From positions 283,064 to 347,063 of the forward strand of contig OZ244908.1 of NCBI GenBank assembly GCA_965221705.1: a stretch of 64,000 nt of DNA, read 5' to 3'. Position numbers and translations under genes: made by a program. The notes under the pieces were generated by a model. That model had not been told where the DNA came from and searched no databases. It saw only the letters and a program-made list of their open reading frames with translations. The stretch is from Dehalococcoidia bacterium. GTDB lineage: Bacteria; Chloroflexota; Dehalococcoidia; Bin125. Position 1 is the stretch's first letter. The number at the start of each line of letters is the position of its first letter. Shown piece after piece: positions 10,187 through 20,739 of this stretch.

Positions 10187-11878
10187 CTACTGATTACCTC
10201 CGAGCAGGCCCTCGAGGCCGCCGCCGAACCCGCCGCCGAAGTCACCGCCCTGCATCTGGCCCAGACCGCTCATGTCGCCGCCGCCCATGCCAAGTCCGCC
10301 CAACGACGGCGCTTCGACCGGTTCCTCCCCCGACAGCGACCGCGCCGCGAGAGCTAGATGGTCGGCGACGTCGCCGGCCGTCACGCCGATTGTTCCGCGC
10401 GTTCTCGCCGCTCGATTGCCGGCCTCGCCGTGCAGATACACGGCCAGAGTCGATGCGTCGAACGGCGACAGCCCCTGCGCCATGAGCGCGCCGATCGCGC
10501 CGCTGAGGACATCGCCCGTGCCGGCTGTCGCGAGCGCTGGCTGCGCCACTTCGGAGACGCGCGCCCGTTGGTCGGGGGCGGCGATCACGGTGTTCGCGCC
10601 CTTGAGCACGACGAGACAGCTCCAGTCGGCCGCGCGTTCGCGCGCCAGCGTCAACCGCAGACGCTGCACGGCGTCAATGCCGATGTCCGCCAGTCGAGCC
10701 ATCTCTCCCGGATGCGGCGTCAACACCAGTGGAGCTGCCGAGTTGGGCAGCACCGAGAGGTCGGCGCTGAGCAGGTTGAGCCCGTCAGCGTCGACCACGA
10801 CCCCCTTGACCTGCGCCACTTCCTCGGAGATCAGGAATCGTCGCACAAACACGCCGCTGTGTTCGTGTTGACCGAAGCCGCAACCGATCACGACTGAGTC
10901 GACGCCTGCCAACTCGTCGCGCACGACCTCCCACGCGTCGTGTCCCGATACGACACCGGGATCATGTTCGGGCAGCGGCAACAGCGTCGCTTCGGGGACG
11001 GCGCTGATCAGATGCGTCGCGATCGACTGCGGCGCCGCGATCGTGACGAGTCCCGCGCCGGCCCGATACGCGCCGCGCGCCGCGAGGATCGCCGCGCCGG
11101 GATAGCGCGCCGATCCGCCGATCACGAGCACGCGGCCGAACGTTCCCTTGTGACCATCAGCGGGTCGATCGGGAAGGAGCGCCTTGGCGGCGCGGCGTTC
11201 GAGCACCTCGGTCCGCAGGTCGTCGTCGAGTCCGGGCGGGATGCCGATCTCGACCTGTTGCACCGTTCCAGCCGCCCCCGCGCCGGGCTGCATGTAGAGC
11301 CCAACCTTGGGCGCGTGAAAGGTGACCGTTTCGTCGGCGGCCACGGTGAGCGGATCGAGCCGTCCGCTATCCGCGTCGAGGCCGCTGGGCAGGTCGACGG
11401 CGACCAGTTTCGGCTTGACCGTCTTCTCGCGCACAGTCGCGAGCCGACGCAGGATCTGCGCGAGATCGCCGTCGATCGGGCGAGACGCGCCCGTGCCGAG
11501 CAGCGCGTCGACGATCGCCTCCGCTCCCTCGAGCAGCGCTTCCAGCGCTTCGAACTGCTCGTCCTCGCCGACCGAACCGCAGGGGACGCCGAGCTCAACG
11601 GCGCGCGTCCATTGCTCGTCGCTACGCTCGCGCAAGGCGTAGACGCGCACTTGCGCGCCCCACTCATGCAGATGCCGCGCCGCGACCAGTCCGTCGCCGC
11701 CGTTGTTGCCGGGGCCGACGAGCACGGCGATGCGCCGATCTTCGAGCGACCCGAGCTGCATCCAGATCTCCTGCGCCACGGCGAGGCCGGCGTTCTCCAT
11801 CAGCGTCTCGGTCGATACGCCCGCTGCTTCGGCGCGGCGTTCGAGCTCTCGCATCTCCGCTGCGGTCAAGAGTTTCAT
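10187..11878 (-). CDS. nnr: Bifunctional NAD(P)H-hydrate repair enzyme Nnr (epimerase/dehydratase, YjeF N+C). It has a Gly-rich C-terminal tail.
   Basis: The N-terminal YjeF_N domain contains GPGNNGGDGLVAARHL. The C-terminal carbohydrate-kinase-like domain contains GTGDVLSG. The ORF lies downstream of acpS, as in the conserved acpS-nnr arrangement. Confidence 0.85.
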   Translation of the reverse strand: MKLLTAAEMRELERRAEAAGVSTETLMENAGLAVAQEIWMQLGSLEDRRIAVLVGPGNNGGDGLVAARHLHEWGAQVRVYALRERSDEQWTRAVELGVPCGSVGEDEQFEALEALLEGAEAIVDALLGTGASRPIDGDLAQILRRLATVREKTVKPKLVAVDLPSGLDADSGRLDPLTVAADETVTFHAPKVGLYMQPGAGAAGTVQQVEIGIPPGLDDDLRTEVLERRAAKALLPDRPADGHKGTFGRVLVIGGSARYPGAAILAARGAYRAGAGLVTIAAPQSIATHLISAVPEATLLPLPEHDPGVVSGHDAWEVVRDELAGVDSVVIGCGFGQHEHSGVFVRRFLISEEVAQVKGVVVDADGLNLLSADLSVLPNSAAPLVLTPHPGEMARLADIGIDAVQRLRLTLARERAADWSCLVVLKGANTVIAAPDQRARVSEVAQPALATAGTGDVLSGAIGALMAQGLSPFDASTLAVYLHGEAGNRAARTRGTIGVTAGDVADHLALAARSLSGEEPVEAPSLGGLGMGGGDMSGLGQMQGGDFGGGFGGGLEGLLGGNQ

Positions 11879-11918
11879 CGCTGCGACTCCCCTTCTCAGA
11901 CAACGCCACGCCTGGCGA

Positions 11919-12299
11919 TCAGCCGGATTGCGGTTGCCCGACTGCGAACGCGCACACCAGATGTCGCTCGTGCGTGAGACTGATCTCGATTCGTTCCAGC
12001 CCCAAATCGCGCGCGCGTTCGCGAGCGCCGCCGTGCAGGATCACGACCGGCTTGCCCCGCGCGTTGGCGAGAATCTCAATCTCACGCCATTTGACGCCGC
12101 GCACGCCTGTGCCCAGACACTTCATCACGGCTTCCTTGCCTGAGAATCGGACAGCCATCTCGGCCACTCGATCGCCGCAGTAGTCGCGTTCGCGATCGGT
12201 CAGGATGCGTCGCGGAAAGCGCTCGGGGTGACGCGCCAAGACCTGCTCGAACCGCTCGATCAGGAGCAGGTCGACGCCGCAGGTCAGATCGCCGAACAT
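11919..12299 (-). CDS. acpS: Holo-ACP synthase (4'-phosphopantetheinyl transferase)
   Basis: RFAGKEAVMKCLGTG and W…IEI…GKP motifs. Start placed at the internal ATG (MFGDL…). The longer track ORF runs into the upstream tandem repeat. Confidence 0.75.
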   Translation of the reverse strand: MFGDLTCGVDLLLIERFEQVLARHPERFPRRILTDRERDYCGDRVAEMAVRFSGKEAVMKCLGTGVRGVKWREIEILANARGKPVVILHGGARERARDLGLERIEISLTHERHLVCAFAVGQPQSG

Positions 12300-12395
12300 C
12301 GATCGCCGAGCATGAGGCGCCTCCAGCCATGTCTTCATTCGAGCCGGACCGCGCAGGCGTCGGCTGAGGCGATGTGCCGTTCGTCCAGCATAAGC

Positions 12396-12483
12396 GCATG
12401 ACGGGTACCGCTTGAGTGCATGACGGGTACCGCTTGAGTGCATGACGTGTACCGCCTGAGCGTATGACGCGTACCGCTTGGCG
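12396..12483. repeat. Four tandem copies of a 22-bp unit (gcatgacgggtaccgcttgagt) in the acpS/folD divergent intergenic region
   Basis: Units fall at 12396-12417, 12418-12439, 12440-12461 and 12462-12483, with increasing degeneracy. The array ends 17 bp before the folD ATG. Confidence 0.85.
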
Positions 12484-12499
12484 CGCATAGGCTGAGCCT

Positions 12500-13396
12500 A
12501 TGACAGCGACGATCATCGACGGCGCGGCCATCGCCGGCGGCATCCGCGAGGCGCTCACCCGTCAGGTCGACGACATGATCGCGGGCGGTCTCCTGCCGCA
12601 CCTGGCGGTGTTGCTCGTCGGCGACGATCCAGCCTCGGCCTCATACGTGCGCAGCAAAGTGCGCGCCGGCGAACAGACCGGCATCAAGGTCGTGATTCAC
12701 CGCATCGAGGCTGACCTCGATCCCGCGCAGACCGAGCGACGAGTTCGTGATCGGATCGATCTGCTCAACGCCGACGTCGATGTCCACGGCATCATCCTGC
12801 AGTTGCCGCTGCCCGAGCGCGTTGACGTCGACACGCTGCTCGACCGCATCGATCCGCTCAAAGACGTCGACGGCCTGCATCCGACGAATCAGGGACGCAT
12901 CCTGCAAGGGCGAGAACGCTACCTGCCGGCGACGCCGCACGGCGTGCAACAGCTGCTCGTCCGCAGCGGCGCCGATCCTGGCGGCAAGCACGTCGTGATC
13001 GTCGGACGCAGTCGACTCGTCGGCATGCCGCTCGCCGCCATGCTGGCGCAGAAGCGGCAGGGCGCGAACGCCACCGTCACGATCTGCCACACCAACACCA
13101 CTGACCTCGCCGCGATTGCGAGACAGGCCGACATTGTCGTCGCCGCGACCGGTCGGCCGGGGACGATCACGGCCGACATGGTTCGTCCGGGCGCGACGGT
13201 GATCGATGTCGGCGTCAACCGCGTCGACGACGCGTCGCGGACACGCGGCTACCGCCTGGTCGGCGACGTCGACTTCGATTTCGTGTCCGAGGTCGCGGGC
13301 GCGATCACGCCGGTCCCGGGCGGCGTCGGCCCGATGACCGTGGCGATGTTGCTCAACAACGTCACCCGAGCGGCGCGGATCGCGCAGCGCCGCTAG
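12500..13396 (+). CDS. folD: Bifunctional methylenetetrahydrofolate dehydrogenase/cyclohydrolase
   Basis: YVRSK…, VGRS.LVG.P…, C and PGGVGPMT motifs. 298 aa. Confidence 0.9.
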   Translation: MTATIIDGAAIAGGIREALTRQVDDMIAGGLLPHLAVLLVGDDPASASYVRSKVRAGEQTGIKVVIHRIEADLDPAQTERRVRDRIDLLNADVDVHGIILQLPLPERVDVDTLLDRIDPLKDVDGLHPTNQGRILQGRERYLPATPHGVQQLLVRSGADPGGKHVVIVGRSRLVGMPLAAMLAQKRQGANATVTICHTNTTDLAAIARQADIVVAATGRPGTITADMVRPGATVIDVGVNRVDDASRTRGYRLVGDVDFDFVSEVAGAITPVPGGVGPMTVAMLLNNVTRAARIAQRR

Positions 13397-14910
13397 CGCT
13401 CTCGGCGCGGCGACAGGACTCGAACCAGCAACAGTCCGCTGAGCAAGACCAAGGCGCCGGCGATGCCGATCAGCGGGTACTCCCAAGGGAACGGCCCCGC
13501 GACCTCGAAGACCGGCCCCGACCGTCGCTCATCCTGCCGACGCTGAATCTCCGCCTGTCGCTCGGCGATCTCGTCGTCCGTGCGACCCGCGGCGGACGCC
13601 TCGACTTGCTGGTCGTCCTCTTCGATCACGTCCTCGTTCGACGCCTCGTCCTGCGCTGAGTCGGCATCGTCAGGCTGCGCCTGCGTTGACTCATCCGATT
13701 GTGTCGGCTCGGCGTCATCGCCGGCGATCTGCGGGCCTGAAATCACATCGTCCTCGATCGCCGTTGAGCGGTCGGCCTCCTCCTCGCGCGGACCCAGTCC
13801 AACCGAGTCGCGCCAGGCATTGTCCAGCTCATCGCGCGTCAGTCCGTAGACGTTGCTCAGCGCGTCCTCGACAGTGGAGCCATTCTTGAACGTCCTGAAC
13901 AGCGCATTCATCTGTTCGGCGCCGTACTCCTGGATCAGGAAGCTGACGATCGCCGCCGACTGTCCGTAGAAGATGTCGACGAAGCCCGGTTGGTTCGACG
14001 GCGACTCCATGCTGCGCAACGACAACACGAGGTCGTTGTTGATCGCATACTGCAGGGCGCCGCCGCGCCGATTCAGCCAGTCGCCCTCGGCGATCGTCGC
14101 CATCCCCTCGTCGAGCCAGGCCGGCAGGTCGCCGTACGGACCCTCGCCCGCGAGCTTAGTCAGCACGTGGGTCAACTCGTGCCGCACCACCCAGCGCGAG
14201 GGCTGGTAGATGTGCACCAGATCGGCCAGGACTCGCGTGCCGCCGGTGATCACCGACTCTTCGAACCGTTCCGACTGGATCCGTTCGACCTCGCGCGCGT
14301 CGGCGCTGTTGGCCCAGACGTAGACCTTGATCGGAATCAGCTCGTCCAAGCCGAGGAAGGGTGAGATCTCTTCCAGCGCCTCCAGGCCCTCTTCGAGCAT
14401 CGACCGGGCGATGCCGTCGTCGTCGTACCAGGCGATTTCGAGGTTGTTGCGCTCGATCGACTGCCATTCGAATCGCGGATCTTCGTATCGCCAAATCTGC
14501 GGATCGGTCTCGAACCGCTCACCGTTGGCGTCGACGAACTCCCAACGCCACTCAAAGTCCGCGCCGGCTGGAATCCAGAGTCTCGGATTGCGGGTTGGGA
14601 ACTCCGCCCGCACTCGAGTCACGTCACCCTCGAGAATCTCGGCCGCCTCACGCGTCAACGCGCCCTCAGGCAGGATCGCGTAGAGAAAGGTCGCCGACTC
14701 AATCTCCGAGCCGCTTTCGACCAGCGCCGTCACGACGACGGAGTCGGGCCACGAGTTCTCAAACCGCGTGCCCTGCACCGACGGCGATTCAATCGACTGC
14801 GCCGCAGTCGTCCCGCTGTCCATCCAGCTACTCGCGAAGACAGTCAACAACACGGCCGCCGCTATGGCTGCGAGCGTCGCCGGTTTGAATCGTGGGGCAG
14901 TCAATGTCAT
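13393..14910 (-). CDS. Putative secreted or membrane-anchored zinc metallopeptidase (HExxH, Peptidase_MA-like). It has an acidic linker and a C-terminal TM helix.
   Basis: Signal peptide present. Motifs HELTHVL and a downstream EGMA…E. A D/E-rich region is followed by a hydrophobic C-terminus. The start (ATGA) overlaps the prfB stop. Confidence 0.5.
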   Translation of the reverse strand: MTLTAPRFKPATLAAIAAAVLLTVFASSWMDSGTTAAQSIESPSVQGTRFENSWPDSVVVTALVESGSEIESATFLYAILPEGALTREAAEILEGDVTRVRAEFPTRNPRLWIPAGADFEWRWEFVDANGERFETDPQIWRYEDPRFEWQSIERNNLEIAWYDDDGIARSMLEEGLEALEEISPFLGLDELIPIKVYVWANSADAREVERIQSERFEESVITGGTRVLADLVHIYQPSRWVVRHELTHVLTKLAGEGPYGDLPAWLDEGMATIAEGDWLNRRGGALQYAINNDLVLSLRSMESPSNQPGFVDIFYGQSAAIVSFLIQEYGAEQMNALFRTFKNGSTVEDALSNVYGLTRDELDNAWRDSVGLGPREEEADRSTAIEDDVISGPQIAGDDAEPTQSDESTQAQPDDADSAQDEASNEDVIEEDDQQVEASAAGRTDDEIAERQAEIQRRQDERRSGPVFEVAGPFPWEYPLIGIAGALVLLSGLLLVRVLSPRRER

Positions 14911-16047
14911 GCGAGCGCTCCTTCCATGTTTCCATCGCTGATCTGGCGCTGCAGCGAGGCGCGCAGAAACTCGTCGATCTCACCATCGAGCACGCGCTCG
15001 GCGTCGGACGTCTCGTGATGCGTACGCAAGTCTTTGACCATTCGGTAAGGCTGCAGGACGTACGAGCGAATCTGGTTGCCCCATCCCGCTTCGATGTGCT
15101 CGCCGCGGATCGCGAGCCGCTCTTCCTCGCGTTGTTGCTCGGCCAGCATCAGCAGGCGAGCCTCGAGCACGCGCATCGCCGACTCGCGGTTGCGGCGCAA
15201 CGAGCGCTCGTTCTGACAGCTGACGACAAATCCGGTCGGCAAGTGCGTGATCCGCACCGCGGTCGAGTTTTTCTGCACATTCTGGCCGCCGTTGCCCGAG
15301 GCGCGGTAGACATCGATCTTGACGTCGTCATCGGCGATCTCGACCTCTGCCGCGCCTTCGGTCTCGGGCATGATTTCGACCCGCGCGAACGAGGTGTGGC
15401 GGGCGTGATTCTGGTCAAAGGGCGAAATGCGAACCAGGCGGTGCACGCCGTGCTCAGCGCGCAACCAGCCGTACGCGCCGCCGCCCTCGGCTTCGCCGCG
15501 GACTTCGAGCGTCGCCGACTTCAAGCCCGCCTCTTCGCCCTCGACGATGTCGACCAGGTCGACGTCGAAGCCGGCCCGCTCGCCCCAGCGCTGGTACATG
15601 CGCAGCAGCATCTCGGTCCAGTCCTGCGAGTCGATCCCGCCGGCCCCGGCGTAGATGGCGATCACGGCCGGTCGATCGTCGTACGGACCGGAGAAGGCCA
15701 GCTCGAACGACCGACGCTCAATCTCCTCGCCGATCGACTCCGCCTCAACGTTCAGGTCCTCGGCCAGTTCGTCGTCGGCGCGCTCGAGTAGTTCGAGCAG
15801 CTCGAGCGCATCCTGGAGTCTCGACTCCAGGCCGCGCCACGTCTCAATCGTGCGCTGGCGCGCGGCCAGTCGCTTCATCACAGCACGCGCGCGCTCGGAG
15901 TCGTCCCAAAATCCAGCGGCGGTCGACTCGGTTTCCAGCCGACTCGCCTCAGCCTCGACGGACGAGAGGTCAAAGACGCTCCAGGACGTCGTTCAAATCA
16001 GACGTCAGCGCCGCTAGCTTCTGACCCAGGTCATCAACGTCGACCAC
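14907..16047 (-). CDS. prfB: Peptide chain release factor 2, with a programmed +1 ribosomal frameshift at CTT TGA C (minus strand, about 15975-15969)
   Basis: ORF1 is a GTG start at 16047 plus 25 codons (MVDVDDLGQKLAALTSDLNDVLERL), ending at an in-frame TGA within CTTTGAC. A GGAG lies 3 nt upstream. The +1 frame continues for 354 aa and carries the GGQ and SPF-region motifs (YRASGNGGQNVQK). Confidence 0.9.
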
Positions 16048-16130
16048 AACGCGTCTCCCGCCTGCCGCGCCCTTGCGCCCAAGCGCATAAGCGCCCAATC
16101 TCAGGCTCTCTCCTCGATGGTTCCAGCGTA

Positions 16131-17042
16131 CTACCGATTGGGCACGATCAGACCGCCCGCCGTGCGACGCATGCCCTCGGGCGTCGCAGACGCTTCTCGC
16201 GCTCGCCCGGCCGCCGCGGCGACTGGATCAACCGCCGTTGGCTCGGACGCTCCATGCTGATGCGTCGGCTGCGGCGGACGCCATCCGCTCGAGGTGCCCG
16301 GTTGCGGCGTCGGTGGCTTCAGCTGCGCCTGCTCAGGACGCGACTGCCAGAGCCCGATGTACTCAACCAGATGCAACGGTTCGATAAGTCCAGCGGCGAC
16401 GAAATGGTCGTCGACAAACAGTGACGGCAGCGCCGAGATTCCCGAACGCGCGCCGATTTCGGCGAACTCCTCAATTGCGAAGATGTCAGTCTGCAGCTTC
16501 GGCGACAACAGCGTCGCCGCGCAGGCGGCCAACGCCGCCTGTCCCGAGTTGCGATCCATCGCCGAGCCCAGCAACCGCAATCGCGACGGTCGGCGCAGCT
16601 TGCTCAGCAGACGCTTCATCTGCACCGACGGCTTCGCCTGACGCGTCGACGCCAGCACGATCGCGCGAATCATCGCGACCAGCAAGTGACCGTTGGGAGC
16701 GCCATAGAAGCGCAAGGGTCGATTCAGCTCGCCGCGGATCAGCACGCACGGCACATCGATGATGTCACGGCGCTTGGCCTGCTCGGCCGACTCCTCATGC
16801 TCGTAAATCGTCAGTGAGATCTGGTCGGAGAGTTCGGCGATCTCCTCGTAGATCTCCTTGGCAATCTCACAGCTCGGTCTCACAGGTCGTCCGGGCACCA
16901 TGACGCGACGCGGACTCTGGTGGTAGTACTCCAGCTTCAACGGACCTTCGATGGCCGCGAACTGCTGCCGAATCTGCGCCCGCTCGGGACCTGCCAACGC
17001 CATCGCCCGCACCGTTCTCGATTGAGGCCGCCCTGAGCGCAC
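16131..17042 (-). CDS. Thioredoxin/glutaredoxin-like fold protein (Pdo-like two-unit architecture, degenerate CxxC)
   Basis: Two Trx-like units (…PSCEIAKE…VPCVLIRGE… and …AALAACAATLL…LPSLFVDD…). No canonical CxxC. Pro/Gln-rich C-terminal tail. Confidence 0.4.
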   Translation of the reverse strand: MRSGRPQSRTVRAMALAGPERAQIRQQFAAIEGPLKLEYYHQSPRRVMVPGRPVRPSCEIAKEIYEEIAELSDQISLTIYEHEESAEQAKRRDIIDVPCVLIRGELNRPLRFYGAPNGHLLVAMIRAIVLASTRQAKPSVQMKRLLSKLRRPSRLRLLGSAMDRNSGQAALAACAATLLSPKLQTDIFAIEEFAEIGARSGISALPSLFVDDHFVAAGLIEPLHLVEYIGLWQSRPEQAQLKPPTPQPGTSSGWRPPQPTHQHGASEPTAVDPVAAAAGRAREASATPEGMRRTAGGLIVPNR

Positions 17043-17106
17043 AGCCAGCCAGGGACGACTACAGCCTACTGAGTCCTCTGCTCACCGCAGGCTGTTACTC
17101 GCTCTG

Positions 17107-18170
17107 TTACTCGCTGACGTCTTGCAGCACCCACTCGACTGCCGAGCGCAGCTCGGCCTCGGTCACCGCGCCCTCGAAGACGTAGCGAACCACGCCCTGC
17201 GCATCGATCACGAACACCCACGGCTCCGACGGCAAGCGCCAGGCGGCGAACGCTTCAGCTTCGACCAAGCGTTGCGGTTCTTGAGGATTCTCGAACACCT
17301 CGACGTGGATGCCGCTCAGCGCCGTCGAGTGCTCGCGCCAAACTGCCTTGACCGCATCAAGCGCCGGCGCGCAGGTGCGCGAGTGACAGAACGCCGGCGT
17401 CGCGAACGCCAACAGCAACGGACGCTCGAGCGCCAACGCCTCGTCGATCGAGAGCGCGTACAGCCCAGGCTCGGGGTCGATGTCCGAGGTCAGCTCGGTC
17501 AGCGATGACACGTCGTCGCGCGTGCGCGACTTGACCGCGACGGCGCGTTCGCCGACTCGGGGAGCGGCCGGTCGTTCGCGGACGGAGAATCGCATTCGCA
17601 CCGACTCGTTGGCGTCTTCGGACGAGATCTCGATCAGCGCGCCCCAGAGTCCGGCCGACGTCAATCTCACTGGGACGACGTAGACGCCGCTGCCGATCGG
17701 CAGCGCGCGGTCGGAGACGCTCGCCACCGCGTGACCGTGCGGGGCGATCGCCGCCAAGGGGTCGTAGCTGATGAATCGTGCGTATTGCACGGAGCGCGGT
17801 TCGGATGCGTCGACATCAAGTTCGTACAACGACACGCGCACGGTCGGCGGATCGTCGCTGGGCTCCAGCCCGTCGAGGCTCAAGGCGATTCGCGTCACGC
17901 CGACGGCGAGGTCCTGCGTCGCGAGGATCGGCAGCCAGCGCGCCTGCGGATCGATCTGCGCGACTCGCCACGGATCAATCTGGTCCGCCGTTTCCGACGA
18001 CCTCGAGGCATCGGGAGGTTCGCTGCCGCAGGCGGCGATCAGCGCGGCGAGCGCGACGGCCAGGACGAGGCCGAGCGCGGGCGGAGTTTGGTGAATACTT
18101 GACGTAACGAAATCTTGTAACGCGATTGACAACTCGCGTCGATTTCGCTTGAATGTACGGAGCAATTGCA
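17107..18170 (-). CDS. Lipoprotein with a C-terminal thioredoxin-like (TlpA/redoxin-like) domain
   Basis: The N-terminal signal peptide ends in a lipobox (LIAAC). The n-region is RR-containing and possibly Tat-like. The C-terminal region carries FCHSRTC and a Trx-like pattern. Start chosen at the ATG at 18170. Confidence 0.5.
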
Positions 18171-18205
18171 TAGGCAGTTGATCAGTACGACGGAGTCTGG
18201 CGCCC

Positions 18206-18427
18206 ATGACCTTTTCCACCACCAACCGTCGACAGGAGACGTACTTCCTCCACGCGCGCGACATCACCTTGCGCAATCGACACGCCCAGCGCATCTACTT
18301 CTTCGCCAAAACGGAGAAGCCGGGCGCGATCGACTCGCTGCCCGAGGGCTACGAGATCATCGAAAACCCGCGCACCGGTCTGCCCGTGCTGCGCAAGCAG
18401 CGCGCGCACGCCGACGCCGCCGGCTGA
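18206..18427 (+). CDS. Small hypothetical protein (73 aa)
   Basis: Lies in a locally AT-richer stretch (18100-18430) just downstream of an AT-rich intergenic region. Composition is balanced. No recognised motif. Confidence 0.3.
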   Translation: MTFSTTNRRQETYFLHARDITLRNRHAQRIYFFAKTEKPGAIDSLPEGYEIIENPRTGLPVLRKQRAHADAAG

Positions 18428-18565
18428 GCCCGCGACGCGCACCTGAGCGTTGGCGAGACGCCACGCCGCGGCGCGCGCCCGCAGCGAGATCAGGGTCGCG
18501 ATCGGCGACTCTGACACATACGACGCAGATTTCCTCAGCCCATCCACACGTAGTCCACAGCTCCG

Positions 18566-19375
18566 TTAGCCGCACGCGCCCGAAAGACGCTCCTGCGCCG
18601 CGACATGCAGCGTCGCGTTCGCGGAGGCCAACACGCGGTCGCCTGAGCCCAATCTGAGTGGCTCACCCTCCCAGTCGGCCATCTGCCCGCCGGCGCCCTG
18701 CACGATCGGGACCAACGCGAGGTAGTCCCAAGGCTTGAGCGACGCCTCGCAGACGATGTCGACAAAGCCAGACGCCAGCAAGCCGTAGGCGTAACAGTCG
18801 ACGCCGTAACGCACGCGCTCGAGCGTGGCCGACAAGCGCCTCCAGGCCCGGTGATCAGCGTCGATAAACATGTCGGGCGTCGTGGCGAATCCAATCGATT
18901 CGCGCAAATCGGCGGTTGAAGAGGTGTGGACAACGTGTGAATTGTGTGTAGTTCGACGTACGACGCCCGGTTCAACAAGGCCCGACCAGCGTTCGTTCAA
19001 TATTGGTTGGTCAAGTACGCCCAACACAGGCAGACCGTCGCGCAACAGTCCGATCAAGACGCCAAAGGTCGGCTGACCCGAGATAAACGCGCCCGTGCCA
19101 TCGATCGGATCGATCACCCAGACCCACTCAGAGTCAGCGCCGTCAGCGCCAAACTCCTCGCCGACGATACCGTGCGTCGGGAAGCGATCGGCGATGCGTT
19201 CGCGAATCGCCGTTTCGGCCGCGCGGTCGGCCCGAGTGACCGGCGAGCCATCTTCCTTGCGCTCGACATCGATCTGACGCCGAAACCAGGGACGAATCGC
19301 ATCGCCCGCCGCGTCGGCCAGCTGTTCGGCGAACTGCAGGTTCATCTCGGCCACGAGTTCGCGCGGGTCAGGCAT
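18566..19375 (-). CDS. Inositol monophosphatase family protein (SuhB/HisN-like)
   Basis: IMPase motifs WVIDPIDGT and a downstream DxxxG/WD region. Divergently adjacent to ino1. Confidence 0.8.
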   Translation of the reverse strand: MPDPRELVAEMNLQFAEQLADAAGDAIRPWFRRQIDVERKEDGSPVTRADRAAETAIRERIADRFPTHGIVGEEFGADGADSEWVWVIDPIDGTGAFISGQPTFGVLIGLLRDGLPVLGVLDQPILNERWSGLVEPGVVRRTTHNSHVVHTSSTADLRESIGFATTPDMFIDADHRAWRRLSATLERVRYGVDCYAYGLLASGFVDIVCEASLKPWDYLALVPIVQGAGGQMADWEGEPLRLGSGDRVLASANATLHVAAQERLSGACG

Positions 19376-19577
19376 GCGCTCAGCCTATCCCGACGGCCGC
19401 CCGCCGCAGCACGCCGACCACGCTGCGGCGAGACTCTATCGACTCCAACACTGCGCCCGATGCGGACGGCTGGTACATTGCAGTACTCGCAGGTGGACGC
19501 CGCGGTCGTCTCATCGTGAGATTCCGATTCCGCTCGGCCTTGTCTCTCGACCGCACCCTGCGCGGAAGGAATCACTC

Positions 19578-20690
<1,113 letters not shown>

Positions 20691-20739
20691 CGCGAGTAGC
20701 GACAGCGAGGTCTTCGCACCGAGCTGCAAGGCTGGGCGC

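Noticed and set aside
11919-12488. The full 189-aa track ORF as AcpS.
   Set aside because: The N-terminal 60 residues are encoded by the 22-bp tandem repeat (the repeated 'SGTRHALKRY'). The AcpS homology begins at the internal ATG at 12299.
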